The notes beneath the pieces were generated by a model that saw nothing but the letters and a program-made list of their open reading frames with translations, was not told where the DNA came from and searched no databases. This document shows, in pieces, positions 45,078 through 55,061 of a DNA stretch of 64,000 bases. The translations under genes and the position numbers were made by a program. The stretch's first letter is position 1. Every line of letters begins with the position of its first letter. The DNA comes from Candidatus Magasanikiibacteriota bacterium (GTDB lineage Bacteria; Patescibacteriota; Patescibacteriia; Magasanikbacterales; 2-02-FULL-50-9b), in NCBI GenBank assembly GCA_903893485.1, contig CAITMK010000001.1, forward strand, positions 46,560 through 110,559, written 5' to 3'.

Positions 45078-45644
45078 ATGCTTAGCGACCGCGACATCCG
45101 CGCAGCCTTGGCTGCAGGAAAAATCAAAATCAGTCCATCTGTTCCAGACAACGCGGTCCAGCCTGCGAGCTTGGATTTGCATCTTGCCAACACGTTTTGG
45201 GTCTTTCCTCCAAGCAACGAAATTTTTGATCCTCGCAGCCCAATCACCGATGATTCACATCGCACCCCAACCATCACCGATGAATTTGATATCTATCCGG
45301 GCCAATTTGTTTTAGCATCAACCACGGAACACGTGTCGCTTGGCCCTGCGCACGCTGCGCGCATCGAAGGCAAATCTTCACTTGGCCGTCTTGGATTGTT
45401 TGTACACATCACCGCGGGTTTTATCGACCCAGGTTTTGCAGGCAATATCACGCTCGAACTTTTAAATGTTTCTGGCCGTCCGCTTCGTTTGCACGCTGGC
45501 ATGAAAATCGCGCAGCTCAGCATTCAAGAATTAACTTCACCCGCTGAACGCCCATACGGCCATCCAGAACTCGGCAGCAAATACCAAGGCCAAACCGTTG
45601 CAACCCCAAGTTTGTATCACCTCAATAAAGACACCGAAGTATGA
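45078..45644 (+). CDS. dcd: dCTP deaminase
   Basis: MLSDRDIRAALAAGKIKISP...HVSLGPAHAARIEGKSSLGRLGLFVHITAGFIDPGFAGNITLE matches the Dcd/dUTPase-fold signature. Confidence 0.88.
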   Translation: MLSDRDIRAALAAGKIKISPSVPDNAVQPASLDLHLANTFWVFPPSNEIFDPRSPITDDSHRTPTITDEFDIYPGQFVLASTTEHVSLGPAHAARIEGKSSLGRLGLFVHITAGFIDPGFAGNITLELLNVSGRPLRLHAGMKIAQLSIQELTSPAERPYGHPELGSKYQGQTVATPSLYHLNKDTEV

Positions 45645-46183
45645 AATTAATTTTGGGTTTTGTCGGCCACATCGGCAGTGGAAAAGGTGCGGCTTGTAAA
45701 TACTTACAAGAAAAACATGATATCGGCTATTACCGATATTCAACAATGCTTCGAGATATTTTAACGCGTTTGTATTTGCCACAAGATCGCGATCACATGA
45801 TCCATACCTCCGAAATGATTCGCCGCGAATTTGGCGAAAATATTATTGGTCATGTAATGAAAGAGGATGTCATGCGCGATACACACGAAATTGTGTGCAT
45901 CGATGGCATTCGCCGTTTGGAAGATTTATTTGAGCATCCAAATTTAGTTTTGGTTTTTATTAACAGCGACGAACGCGTACGATTTGAACGTCTTGCGGCG
46001 CGCGCAGAAAATACTGATGACACTAAAAAAACTTTTGAAGAATTTTTAGCCGATGAAAAACGTTCAACAGAATTAACAATCGATACGGTCGCCGCACGCG
46101 CCACAGAAACGATTTATAATAATGGCACGATCGAAGAATTTCAAGCAGCGCTCGACGCACTGATTACAAAACATGCCAATTAA
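45641..46183 (+). CDS. P-loop nucleotide/nucleoside kinase-like protein (dNMP-kinase / AAA_18-like)
   Basis: Walker A ILGFVGHIGSGKGAACKYL. About 180 aa. A 4-nt overlap with dcd suggests a coupled role in nucleotide metabolism. Confidence 0.5.
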   Translation: MKLILGFVGHIGSGKGAACKYLQEKHDIGYYRYSTMLRDILTRLYLPQDRDHMIHTSEMIRREFGENIIGHVMKEDVMRDTHEIVCIDGIRRLEDLFEHPNLVLVFINSDERVRFERLAARAENTDDTKKTFEEFLADEKRSTELTIDTVAARATETIYNNGTIEEFQAALDALITKHAN

Positions 46184-46919
46184 GCGTACTAAAATCGCAA
46201 CGTACAAATTTGACGCGCCGCTCCCCGGCCCGCCCATGATTTTATTTTCCGATTTGCATTTGTACGGCAAAAAAAATAGTTCGATTAGTGTTTTCCCCGA
46301 AGCCGTTGAACATTTATTTACGCTGCTCAAAAAATATCAATCGCGCGGCTACGAACTGTATGGCCTTGGCGATATTTTAGAAGGTTGGCGTTTTAATGCC
46401 AAACAAATTTTAAAACAGCATCCAGATTTTATGTGGCTCATTACGCGCCACGTGCATATTATTCGCGGCAACCACGATTGGGACGCGTGGAAAAAAATCC
46501 AAGCGCAATTTGGTAAAGAAACTTACGAATTTTTGCAGGTCGGCCCCATTTTTATGAGCCACGGCCACGAAGCTGACCCGATGAACAAACACCACGCCTG
46601 GTACAGCCGCTACGCAACAAAATTTGCGGGCGTTTTAAAACGCGCCGGGCTCGACATGGACGCGCTGCATCGCCGCGTTCGCACGCGCCACAAAGATAAA
46701 CTCAAAGAAATTTATCGCACGCATTCATTGCGTTTGCAACACACCATTGCCAAAGGCGCCACGATTTTTTGTTTTGGACATTTGCACATGCCCTACCTCG
46801 ATACCACGGACCCAAATTGCGTGGTGGTAAATTTAGGATCCATTGCCAACTACCAACGCGCCTTTTCGTACGTCGAAATTACGGAGCGCGAATTAATTTT
46901 GTGGAAAATCGAACTCTAG
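46173..46919 (+). CDS. Calcineurin-like metallophosphoesterase (LpxH-like)
   Basis: Motifs FSDLHLY, GDILEGW, RGNHDW, GHEADP and GHLH. Confidence 0.75.
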   Translation: MPIKRTKIATYKFDAPLPGPPMILFSDLHLYGKKNSSISVFPEAVEHLFTLLKKYQSRGYELYGLGDILEGWRFNAKQILKQHPDFMWLITRHVHIIRGNHDWDAWKKIQAQFGKETYEFLQVGPIFMSHGHEADPMNKHHAWYSRYATKFAGVLKRAGLDMDALHRRVRTRHKDKLKEIYRTHSLRLQHTIAKGATIFCFGHLHMPYLDTTDPNCVVVNLGSIANYQRAFSYVEITERELILWKIEL

Positions 46920-46938
46920 CATGATATACTAATCGTAT

Positions 46939-47871
46939 ATGCATGCACGCTCTTTATTTTTTTCATCACTCGCACTTTTATTTATTGGCGCAGGTTGCGG
47001 CGCAGCGCCCACACCGGTTGCAACATTTCCGGTTGTAACGCCAAATATTACGTCATCAACGCAGCCAACATTGCCGCCAATTGCGGATCCGTCGGCAAAC
47101 GCTGCAATGCTGCCGGCAGCTGCAACAAGCAGTACAATTTCTTTAGCCGTTGATCAAGCCGTTTTTGCAAACTGGAAAAATGGCGCGGTTTGGTACGAAG
47201 GAAAAATCACCGCAATTTCTGGTAAACTTTACACTATTAAATACAACGCGGGCGACACCGAAACTGACATCACCGAGAATCGGATTCTTGCAAAACCACC
47301 CGCCCCACCGCAAGATACCTACGCGGCAAAAGAAGTTGTCATTGCAAAAGAAACAAATGGCAGCTGGTACAAAGGATTGGTTAATAAAGATCACGGCACA
47401 ACAATCGATATTAATTTTGACGACAAATCATTTGGCACCGTAACCCGCGAAAATATTGTTCCTGCGGTTCCACACAAAACTGGCGCGGCAGCGGCAGCGA
47501 ATATAACAACCCCAGCAGCCGCAATCAAAACCGCTCGAATTTTCCTTGATCACACCAAAGTTTTAGTTAACTGGAAAGACGGTCCACGTTGGTGGAATGC
47601 AGTATTAAACCAACAAATCGGCGATCAATATTCCGTAACCTACGACGACGATCACAGCACTGAAAACGTGCCTGCAACGGCAATTGCGAATTTACCAACA
47701 ACCGCGGCTCGTACCACAACAATTGGTGACAAAATTATTGCCCGCGCTGCAAATGGTTATTGGTACAATGCAACCGTCAGCTCAGTAAACGGATTGTCAA
47801 TTGGCATTACCTTTTTTGATGGATTTGCCACTACAATTTCACCCACAGAATTTACACGCGCAGGCTCTTGA
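46939..47871 (+). CDS. Lipoprotein with four tandem Tudor/SH3-like repeats of about 40 aa
   Basis: Lipobox LLFIGAGC. The repeats are ANWKNGAVWYEGKITAISGKLYTIKYNAGDTE / KETNGSWYKGLVNKDHGTTIDINFDDKSFG / VNWKDGPRWWNAVLNQQIGDQYSVTYDDDHSTE / ARAANGYWYNATVSSVNGLSIGITFFDGFAT. Confidence 0.6.
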   Translation: MHARSLFFSSLALLFIGAGCGAAPTPVATFPVVTPNITSSTQPTLPPIADPSANAAMLPAAATSSTISLAVDQAVFANWKNGAVWYEGKITAISGKLYTIKYNAGDTETDITENRILAKPPAPPQDTYAAKEVVIAKETNGSWYKGLVNKDHGTTIDINFDDKSFGTVTRENIVPAVPHKTGAAAAANITTPAAAIKTARIFLDHTKVLVNWKDGPRWWNAVLNQQIGDQYSVTYDDDHSTENVPATAIANLPTTAARTTTIGDKIIARAANGYWYNATVSSVNGLSIGITFFDGFATTISPTEFTRAGS

Positions 47872-47916
47872 CGCAGATTTCTTTTTTTGCCCCCTGTCTG
47901 GTAAGATAGGCGGCAT

Positions 47917-49452
47917 ATGCCACTTGAATCACACGACCGCGACATCTTCGCAATCACCGGCCTTTCCCCAGAAGTTCAAGCAGTTGCTTTTGCAAAATAT
48001 TCTCGCTCGCAGGAGTCGGTGAAAACAACCATCGACGACTTAACCGACGAAAAGTCAGCCGAATTCCACGAGAAGTGGGTTATTGGCTATGGCGACGCGT
48101 CCGTGGCTGACATGGCAATGGTTGCAATCGCCATGGAAAATGTTTCCATGATCGCCTCAAAGGCCGTGGAAGACCATCGCATGGCAAGTTACCAGGAAAA
48201 GTCCACGCGCTACGTGCCGTTCGACCCGACTCGCTACCACAAGCCAGCGGTATTCATGGAAGACCCAGCGGCCCGCGAAATTTACATTAATGCCATCGAA
48301 AATTTAATGGCTGGCTACACCGAATTAACCGAGGGAATGATTGCCTATTTCCGCGCAAAATATCCAAAGCCCGAAGACAACACCGACAAACAATATGAAT
48401 CACGTTTGCGCGCGCGCTCCTTGGACGTTGCCCGCTACGTTTTGCCAATTTCAACGCTCACCAATTTGGGCATGATCGCATCAGCGCGCGAAATCCGTTA
48501 TATGGTTTCACGTTTGCTTGCATCGCCACAGCAGGAAGTCCGCGAAATCGGCGCAGAAATTAAACGCGCTGCTTTGGAAACCGCGTATAACCCGCAAGTT
48601 AAAAAAATTGAACCACTGATTGCGCGCCTCGCAGAAAACGGCGCCGAACCAGAAATTTTGGAGGCTTTGCGCGCAAGTTTGCGTTTGTCTGTTAAAGGCG
48701 CGCCAACATTAATCAAGCATACGGACCCACGCGAATATTTACTCAAAAAAGATCGCGTTGCAAAAATTGCCACCATGTTTTTGGAAGACGAAGCGCCCGT
48801 ATACGACGAACCACGTGTTGAATTATTATTAAATACCGAACCTGAAGACGAATTAGTTGCATCGTTACTATACCCACACACGAGCTTGTCGCTCCGCGCG
48901 CTTTTGGAAAAAATTTCATTACTCAGCAGCAACCAAAAACGTGCATTATTTGAATCTATCAACGAAAATCGCAGCAGTCACGACAACCTCAGCCGCGAAT
49001 TTGAAGTAGGCAACTATTTTATCTTCGACACGCTCATGGATTATGGCGCGTACCGCGATTTGCAGCGCCATCGTTTAACCAGTCAGCTTTCGCAGCCGCC
49101 ATCGCCAGCGCACGGCTACGAGGTCCCACGCGACTTGGCAGAAGCCGGATTGCTTCCCCGCTTTGAAGAACTCATGAGCGCCAACCGCGACGCATTCGAA
49201 CGTCTCGCCGAAATTAATGTCGACGAAGCACGCTACGTTTTAGCAATGGCATGGCGCAAACGCACCATCTTTAAAATGAATTTGCGCGAACTGTATCATG
49301 TGGTTGAACTCCGCACGCGCTCGGGCGGCCATTTCTCATATCGTACTTTGTGCTATGATATGTACGAATTACTCAAAAAGCATCATCCGATTTTGGCCAG
49401 CCACATTCGCGCAGTAAAAATGGATTTTGATGCAGATTTTTTTGGACGCTAA
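47917..49452 (+). CDS. thyX: Flavin-dependent thymidylate synthase, long (duplicated) form
   Basis: The ThyX signature RHR...S is DYGAYRDLQRHRLTSQ. There is also an N-terminal ThyX-like half (ARYVLPISTLTNLGMIASAREIRYMVSRL). At 511 aa it resembles the fused two-domain ThyX of chlamydiae. Confidence 0.8.
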   Translation: MPLESHDRDIFAITGLSPEVQAVAFAKYSRSQESVKTTIDDLTDEKSAEFHEKWVIGYGDASVADMAMVAIAMENVSMIASKAVEDHRMASYQEKSTRYVPFDPTRYHKPAVFMEDPAAREIYINAIENLMAGYTELTEGMIAYFRAKYPKPEDNTDKQYESRLRARSLDVARYVLPISTLTNLGMIASAREIRYMVSRLLASPQQEVREIGAEIKRAALETAYNPQVKKIEPLIARLAENGAEPEILEALRASLRLSVKGAPTLIKHTDPREYLLKKDRVAKIATMFLEDEAPVYDEPRVELLLNTEPEDELVASLLYPHTSLSLRALLEKISLLSSNQKRALFESINENRSSHDNLSREFEVGNYFIFDTLMDYGAYRDLQRHRLTSQLSQPPSPAHGYEVPRDLAEAGLLPRFEELMSANRDAFERLAEINVDEARYVLAMAWRKRTIFKMNLRELYHVVELRTRSGGHFSYRTLCYDMYELLKKHHPILASHIRAVKMDFDADFFGR

Positions 49453-49453
49453 T

Positions 49454-50158
49454 ATGTTTGTCATGGTAGACGGAATCGACGGGTCCGGCAAAAGCACAAT
49501 CACCAAAGCGTGGCGCGAAATGTTTGAAGCGCGCAGCGAGAAAATTTTTGACGCGGTTGCATTTGCAAAAGCGCAACGCCGCATTCCAACCATCGAAGAC
49601 GTTGGCGACGCGCACATTATTTTTTCCGCAGAGCCAACTTACGCAGGACTTGGCAAAGAGCTGCGCGACCACATGTTGTCGCCCGGCTCCACCGCAACGC
49701 CACGCGAAGTAACCGAAAAATTTGCCGAAGCGCGCGCCGAATTATATGAAGCAATGATAATTCCTGCACTTGCCGCGGGCAAAGTTATTATTCAGGATCG
49801 CGGACTTACGTCATCGCTTGCCTACCAGCCAACCATGAGCGAAGAGATTACCGAAGAATTTGTTGCGGGCTTACCTGGCAATCAGTTAGCGCTGCAGCAT
49901 CGCCCCGATTATGTTATTTTGTGCGACGTTCCCGCCGATGTTGCCATGAGTCGTCTTGCAGGCCGCACCGAAAAACAAGATGACTCAATTTTCGAGAAAA
50001 AAGAATACATGCTTCGCGTTGCCGCACGTTTTCAAACCACATCGTGGCAAAAATATTTAACCGATGCGGGCACTAAAATTATTGTGTTCAATGCCAATCA
50101 ACCAATCGCGCTGGCAATTCGTGCGGCGCAGCGCCTGCTCATTGATTTAGTGGTATAA
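49454..50158 (+). CDS. tmk: Thymidylate kinase
   Basis: MFVMVDGIDGSGKSTI is the P-loop. The start is 1 nt after the thyX stop. Confidence 0.85.
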   Translation: MFVMVDGIDGSGKSTITKAWREMFEARSEKIFDAVAFAKAQRRIPTIEDVGDAHIIFSAEPTYAGLGKELRDHMLSPGSTATPREVTEKFAEARAELYEAMIIPALAAGKVIIQDRGLTSSLAYQPTMSEEITEEFVAGLPGNQLALQHRPDYVILCDVPADVAMSRLAGRTEKQDDSIFEKKEYMLRVAARFQTTSWQKYLTDAGTKIIVFNANQPIALAIRAAQRLLIDLVV

Positions 50159-50167
50159 TACTGCCCT

Positions 50168-51667
50168 ATGTCATTGCAATTGGAGCCTGTTATCGGCCTT
50201 GAAATTCACGTTCAGCTCAAAACAAAAACAAAAATGTTTTGTAGTTGCGATAATCGTGGCGAAAATTTGCCGCCAAACACGGCAATTTGCCCGATTTGTT
50301 TAGCGCATCCGGGCACATTGCCATGGCCAAATGAACAGGCGGTCCGTTTTGCAGTTTTATTGGGAAGTGCGCTTGGCGCCCAGCTCGATCCTGTTTTGCG
50401 TTTCGATCGCAAACATTATTTTTATCCGGATTTACCAAAGGGCTACCAAATTTCACAGTTTGACCACCCAACTTGCAGCGGCGGCAGTTTTACCTTTGAA
50501 GTTCCTGGCACCAATGTGCCGCGCAATTCAGCGACCGTGCGTATCGAACGCGCACACCTAGAAGAAGACGCCGCAAAATCTTTTCACGGCACCGCGGGCG
50601 AAACATTGGTTGATTTTAATCGCGCCGGCACGCCGCTCATCGAAACTGTAACGCATCCAGATTTTAAAACACCATTTGAGGCACGCTGCTTTTTGCAGGA
50701 ATTACGATTGCTTGTTCGTACACTTGGCATTTCCGAAGGCGACATGGAAAAAGGTCATCTCCGCTGCGACGCAAATATTTCTATGCGCCCGGTTGGCGAC
50801 GAAAATTTATACGCAAAAACAGAAATCAAAAATTTAAACAGTTTCCGGTCCGTTGAACGCGCACTTGAATTTGAAATTAAACGCCAAAGTGAATTGTGGG
50901 AAGCTGGCACGCCGCCAACGCTCACCACCACACGCGGCTGGGACGATGCAAACCAAAAAACAACCGAGCAGCGCAGCAAAGAAGGCTTAAAAGATTATCG
51001 TTTTTTTCCAGAGCCTGATTTACCATTCTGTGATATTTCTGCAATCATTGCCGAAGAGCGCCGCCATTTGCCAGAATTGCCGCATGCCAAACGTGCGCGT
51101 TTTCAGGCTGAATACGGATTTACTGCACCAGATGCCCGCCAATTTGTTGAGCACGAATCTTTGGCCGAATACGCCGAAAACGTGATGAGCGAATTTTTGG
51201 CATGGGTCCGCAGCGAGCTGCCCGAAACCAGCGAAGAAGAATTTAAACCGCGCGCCGCAAAATTAGTTTCCGGCTGGTTGCTTTCAAAATATTTAGGTGC
51301 CCTTTCCGAAATGGGCCGCGAATTTTCGCGCGACATAATTACGCCAGAAAATTTTGCAGAACTTTTGACGTTGCTTTACCGCACAAAAATAAATTCAACC
51401 ACCGCGCAAACTGTTTTGAAAAAAATGATCGAAACCGGCGCTGATCCGTCACACATTTTAGAAGACGAAAAATTGACGGGCGCAGATGAACAATCAATTG
51501 ATTTGTGGATCGCCGAAGTCATCGCAGCAAATCCTGCGCAAGTCGCAGAATTTAAAGCCGGGAAATTTTCTTTGCTCCAATTTTTCCTTGGCCAAGTCAT
51601 GAAAAAATCTCGCGGCACCGCGGATCCAGAAACAACCGCAGAAAAAATCAAAGACGCGTTAGAATAA
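50168..51667 (+). CDS. gatB: Asp-tRNA(Asn)/Glu-tRNA(Gln) amidotransferase subunit B
   Basis: LEPVIGLEIHVQLKTKTKMFCSCDN... with full-length GatB conservation. Confidence 0.93.
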   Translation: MSLQLEPVIGLEIHVQLKTKTKMFCSCDNRGENLPPNTAICPICLAHPGTLPWPNEQAVRFAVLLGSALGAQLDPVLRFDRKHYFYPDLPKGYQISQFDHPTCSGGSFTFEVPGTNVPRNSATVRIERAHLEEDAAKSFHGTAGETLVDFNRAGTPLIETVTHPDFKTPFEARCFLQELRLLVRTLGISEGDMEKGHLRCDANISMRPVGDENLYAKTEIKNLNSFRSVERALEFEIKRQSELWEAGTPPTLTTTRGWDDANQKTTEQRSKEGLKDYRFFPEPDLPFCDISAIIAEERRHLPELPHAKRARFQAEYGFTAPDARQFVEHESLAEYAENVMSEFLAWVRSELPETSEEEFKPRAAKLVSGWLLSKYLGALSEMGREFSRDIITPENFAELLTLLYRTKINSTTAQTVLKKMIETGADPSHILEDEKLTGADEQSIDLWIAEVIAANPAQVAEFKAGKFSLLQFFLGQVMKKSRGTADPETTAEKIKDALE

Positions 51668-51677
51668 AAAATTTAAC

Positions 51678-52223
51678 TCAATCAAACGGAATATCCCGAA
51701 TCTGCGGTTTTGGCGGCAAAATTATTGGTTGCGCCATTTGCAACGGCGAACCACTAGCTACACCCGCCATAGTATGTGTGGTCACCCCGCCGCCAACTGA
51801 AACATGCGGTGTACTTCCCGGCCCACCAAACGCCGAAACTTTGTGCTGACTTGTCGCATCACCAAAAATCGAAACTGAATGTTTTTGTTCGCGCACCACA
51901 CTATCATTCATGCGTTCTTTATTGTATTCAGCCATGCGATCATCGCGACGGCCTTTATCTTGTACACGCGCCGCAACATTTGCAACTCGTTCGGCTTTTC
52001 TAAAAGTCGCTTCAGCAGCACGCGCATCATCGATGACGCCTTCACGTTCTAATCGACGCAAAACCATTTTTGCGTCGCGCGTAGTCGTTGTGGTACCTTG
52101 ATTTACCACCCCTTGCTGACCTATTCGCGAGAGTGCTCCACGCAGCGCGCTACCCTGCAAACCAGTTGCCGAGCTTAAGACATTTGTAAATCTTTGTGCA
52201 GAAAATCGTGGAGTGACTGACAT
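51678..52223 (-). CDS. Hypothetical protein
   Basis: 181 aa with no recognisable domain. Its 5' end overlaps the miaA 3' end by 49 nt in another frame, so the start is uncertain. Confidence 0.4.
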   Translation of the reverse strand: MSVTPRFSAQRFTNVLSSATGLQGSALRGALSRIGQQGVVNQGTTTTTRDAKMVLRRLEREGVIDDARAAEATFRKAERVANVAARVQDKGRRDDRMAEYNKERMNDSVVREQKHSVSIFGDATSQHKVSAFGGPGSTPHVSVGGGVTTHTMAGVASGSPLQMAQPIILPPKPQIRDIPFD

Positions 52224-53071
52224 ACTTCGTTAACATCAGTATACCATACGATATTTTTGTTACGCTTAAACCAGGTAATTTGGCGTTTAGCATATTGCGC
52301 AGTGTGCGTAATAAGTAATTCCTGCGCACTGGCCGCCGACATTTTACCATCTAAAAAATCGCAGATTTCTGGGACACCAATGGTTTGTATGCCAGGAGCG
52401 TCGGCCGCATATAAATTACGCGCGGCTGCGACCTCCGCAACCATTGCATCCCACGATACTAAAATACGCGATCTAATCCGTGCCAAAATTTGTTCCCGGC
52501 CAGGATTCCAACCAATCAAAAAAACTTCGTATGGTGATTCACCCGGCTCGCCAAATTCAGTGATTGATTTTCCCGTTGCCAAAAAAACTTCCAGCGCGCG
52601 CGCCACGCGACGTGGATTTTTCATATCAATTTTTGCAGCAACCGCGGGATCACATTTTGCCAATTCTTCGCATTGAACATCCGTGGACATTGCCAAAACC
52701 CGATTTCGAATCTCGGCAGGAACCCGCGGCGCCGCACCTTGACTGCGAAGCAATGCATCAACATATAAACCGCTGCCCCCAACCACAATTGGCAGATCAC
52801 TTACATTTTTTATTTCCGTATCTGCTTTTAAAACGTATTCCGCAAAAGAAAAAGGTGCTGACAAATTCAAAAATTCATACAGCAAGTGTTTTTCATCGGC
52901 TTTGTGCGCTGCGGTAACCGCGGTCAAACCCTGATATACCTGACGCGCATCAGCATTTATCACCGCGCCGCCAAATTTTAGCGCCAAAAAATCCGCCAGA
53001 TCCGACTTTCCACTAGCCGTTGGACCGACAATTACCGCCATGCGTTTTTTTTGTGCAAATTCTTGCGTCAT
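52175..53071 (-). CDS. miaA: tRNA dimethylallyltransferase
   Basis: MAVIVGPTASGKSDLADFLA (P-loop) ...VINADARQVYQGL... is the MiaA family. Confidence 0.88.
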   Translation of the reverse strand: MTQEFAQKKRMAVIVGPTASGKSDLADFLALKFGGAVINADARQVYQGLTAVTAAHKADEKHLLYEFLNLSAPFSFAEYVLKADTEIKNVSDLPIVVGGSGLYVDALLRSQGAAPRVPAEIRNRVLAMSTDVQCEELAKCDPAVAAKIDMKNPRRVARALEVFLATGKSITEFGEPGESPYEVFLIGWNPGREQILARIRSRILVSWDAMVAEVAAARNLYAADAPGIQTIGVPEICDFLDGKMSAASAQELLITHTAQYAKRQITWFKRNKNIVWYTDVNEVCQSLHDFLHKDLQMS

Positions 53072-53111
53072 ATATGGTATACTATCACCAATATTTTTTT
53101 CGTCAACCTCT

Positions 53112-54995
53112 ATGCAAGATCAAAAACCAAAAGTGATCATTAATCTTCCCCAGGCCAATCCTGAACAAGGAGATTCAGACCACTTTTTTGCGCAATTTCA
53201 AAAACAACATTCTGAAATTGCTGGATTGCTCCGCGATCTTACTGCGGTGCAAAATGAATTAACCGCAATTCAAAATGGTAAATTTGTTACCGCGGTCAAT
53301 GAAAGCAAAGCAACGCTCGAAGCTTTAAAAAAGCTCACGCCAAAACTGAACCAGCTAGGCGACAAACTTGATGGCTTATATGCTCAAGGCGACGAAACGC
53401 TCGCGGCAATGGGTATGGGCGAAGACTCGCCAGCGCGTCAATTATTCATCGAAGAACGTCAAAACTTTGAAAATCGAATTGATAACACCATTACACTTGC
53501 CGAACAGCTGGAACATGCGCAAACACGCCCAGAACGAGCGTCTGCCGCATTAAAAACTGAAAAGGCTCAGGATGTATTTAATTTGGATGCAGCTTTTGAC
53601 GATCAAAAAAAGAAAGCTCTTTTGGCAAAAATGCATTTCGGTGCCTTAAAACGTGAGGTTCAAAATATTGCCGACAATCAAAAGATGCCTAAAAATAAGG
53701 CACTCGATGAAATTTCAAGACTATTAGGCGACTATACTGAAAACGCCATCGATTTGCGTGCAACCAGTTCAAAAATACGTTTGGCAATTCTAAATGCTCC
53801 AAAATCTCTCGACAAAAAAACTGCCGCGGATAAGATTGATAGCATTTCAGATATTACCGGTGGCGTAATGAAAGAGGTTTTAACACTTATTCTTAATACT
53901 CGCGAAAAACTTCTGCAGGGTGAGCCTGAAGTTGCGCCGAAAGCCGCAGAAGCTGCACGACCAAAAAATACCGCTCGCGAAGACTGGGGTGCCGAAGCAG
54001 CAGAAGCAATTGCAAAATACGATAAAACAATGGCGCGCACAGCGTACCCTGTTCAAGAAACAATTGCCGACATGGACTTACAAAAAGCTATTGATACCGC
54101 CCCTGGCATGGGTTCAACGCGTGTACCAAGCAAAGCTGGCCCCGTAGGAGGTTATGGTCTCAACAAACCAAACACTCAGGCAACCACAGAATCACATGGG
54201 CCAGAAATGCCTGAAACAATTTCTCCAGAGCTCATCATGGCAAAAATTGCGGAGCTACAAAACCTTGAAAATCGTATTATGAATTCATATGGTACGGGCA
54301 AAAATGCCGTCGTAACAATTGAATTTGCCAAAGATCCTGAAACCGGCCTACCATCCACAACCGAAATTGCTGGAATGAAACATAAAGAAGGTTTTTTTGC
54401 AGGCCTTGGACGCCTTGGGCGCGCCGCACTTGGCAGATTAAATGCCGATGAGATGAGAGTTGATATGCATATCAACGAATACAACGAAAAGCTTGCTGAA
54501 ATTAAAAATCTCAAAACATTGGCCAAGGTTGCTTATGACGAAACCCGAATTATGCGGCCAACAATTTCAACCGCAAATCAGTCGATAATGGAGCGCATTG
54601 AAAACCGTCGCATGGAAGCCGGCAGACCAAATCAAGCTGAAATAATCAAACCCTACAACTATGCGGGAATTGATAATTGGTTAAAAAGCGGGGACGAAAG
54701 CGGAGACAGTCTGACCTCACAGCATGAAATTGAAATGCAAATGGCAAAAAATTACGAATTAAAAGCAAGTAAACTTCATGAAGTTTACCAAGATCTTAGT
54801 GAACCAAATAGCAAAATCACCTCTGTCGAAGCTTTGAAAATTGCATTGCAACAAGGAAAGCTTTTGGAAGATGGTGAACTTATGCCAGGCGAAAATCTCG
54901 AAAAAATGGTGACATCGTTTGGCAAATTCAACAAGAAAAATGCTGAGATATATCTTATCAAAACATTGAACCGCTTAAACGATCTCGCGGGCTAA
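53112..54995 (+). CDS. Large coiled-coil-rich hypothetical protein (about 627 aa)
   Basis: The start is taken at MQDQKPKV. Extensive heptad-like E/K/Q/L-rich segments. No TM helix and no recognisable domain. Confidence 0.55.
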   Translation: MQDQKPKVIINLPQANPEQGDSDHFFAQFQKQHSEIAGLLRDLTAVQNELTAIQNGKFVTAVNESKATLEALKKLTPKLNQLGDKLDGLYAQGDETLAAMGMGEDSPARQLFIEERQNFENRIDNTITLAEQLEHAQTRPERASAALKTEKAQDVFNLDAAFDDQKKKALLAKMHFGALKREVQNIADNQKMPKNKALDEISRLLGDYTENAIDLRATSSKIRLAILNAPKSLDKKTAADKIDSISDITGGVMKEVLTLILNTREKLLQGEPEVAPKAAEAARPKNTAREDWGAEAAEAIAKYDKTMARTAYPVQETIADMDLQKAIDTAPGMGSTRVPSKAGPVGGYGLNKPNTQATTESHGPEMPETISPELIMAKIAELQNLENRIMNSYGTGKNAVVTIEFAKDPETGLPSTTEIAGMKHKEGFFAGLGRLGRAALGRLNADEMRVDMHINEYNEKLAEIKNLKTLAKVAYDETRIMRPTISTANQSIMERIENRRMEAGRPNQAEIIKPYNYAGIDNWLKSGDESGDSLTSQHEIEMQMAKNYELKASKLHEVYQDLSEPNSKITSVEALKIALQQGKLLEDGELMPGENLEKMVTSFGKFNKKNAEIYLIKTLNRLNDLAG

Positions 54996-55012
54996 AAAGC
55001 TCTGGATAAATT

Positions 55013-55045
55013 AAAAATACGCGGATCAAACCGCGTATTTTTTTA
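55013..55045. terminator. Bidirectional Rho-independent terminator between convergent genes
   Basis: AAAAA-TACGCGG-atcaaa-CCGCGTA-TTTTTTT. Confidence 0.88.
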
Positions 55046-55061
55046 TGCCAAAGTTATAAGT

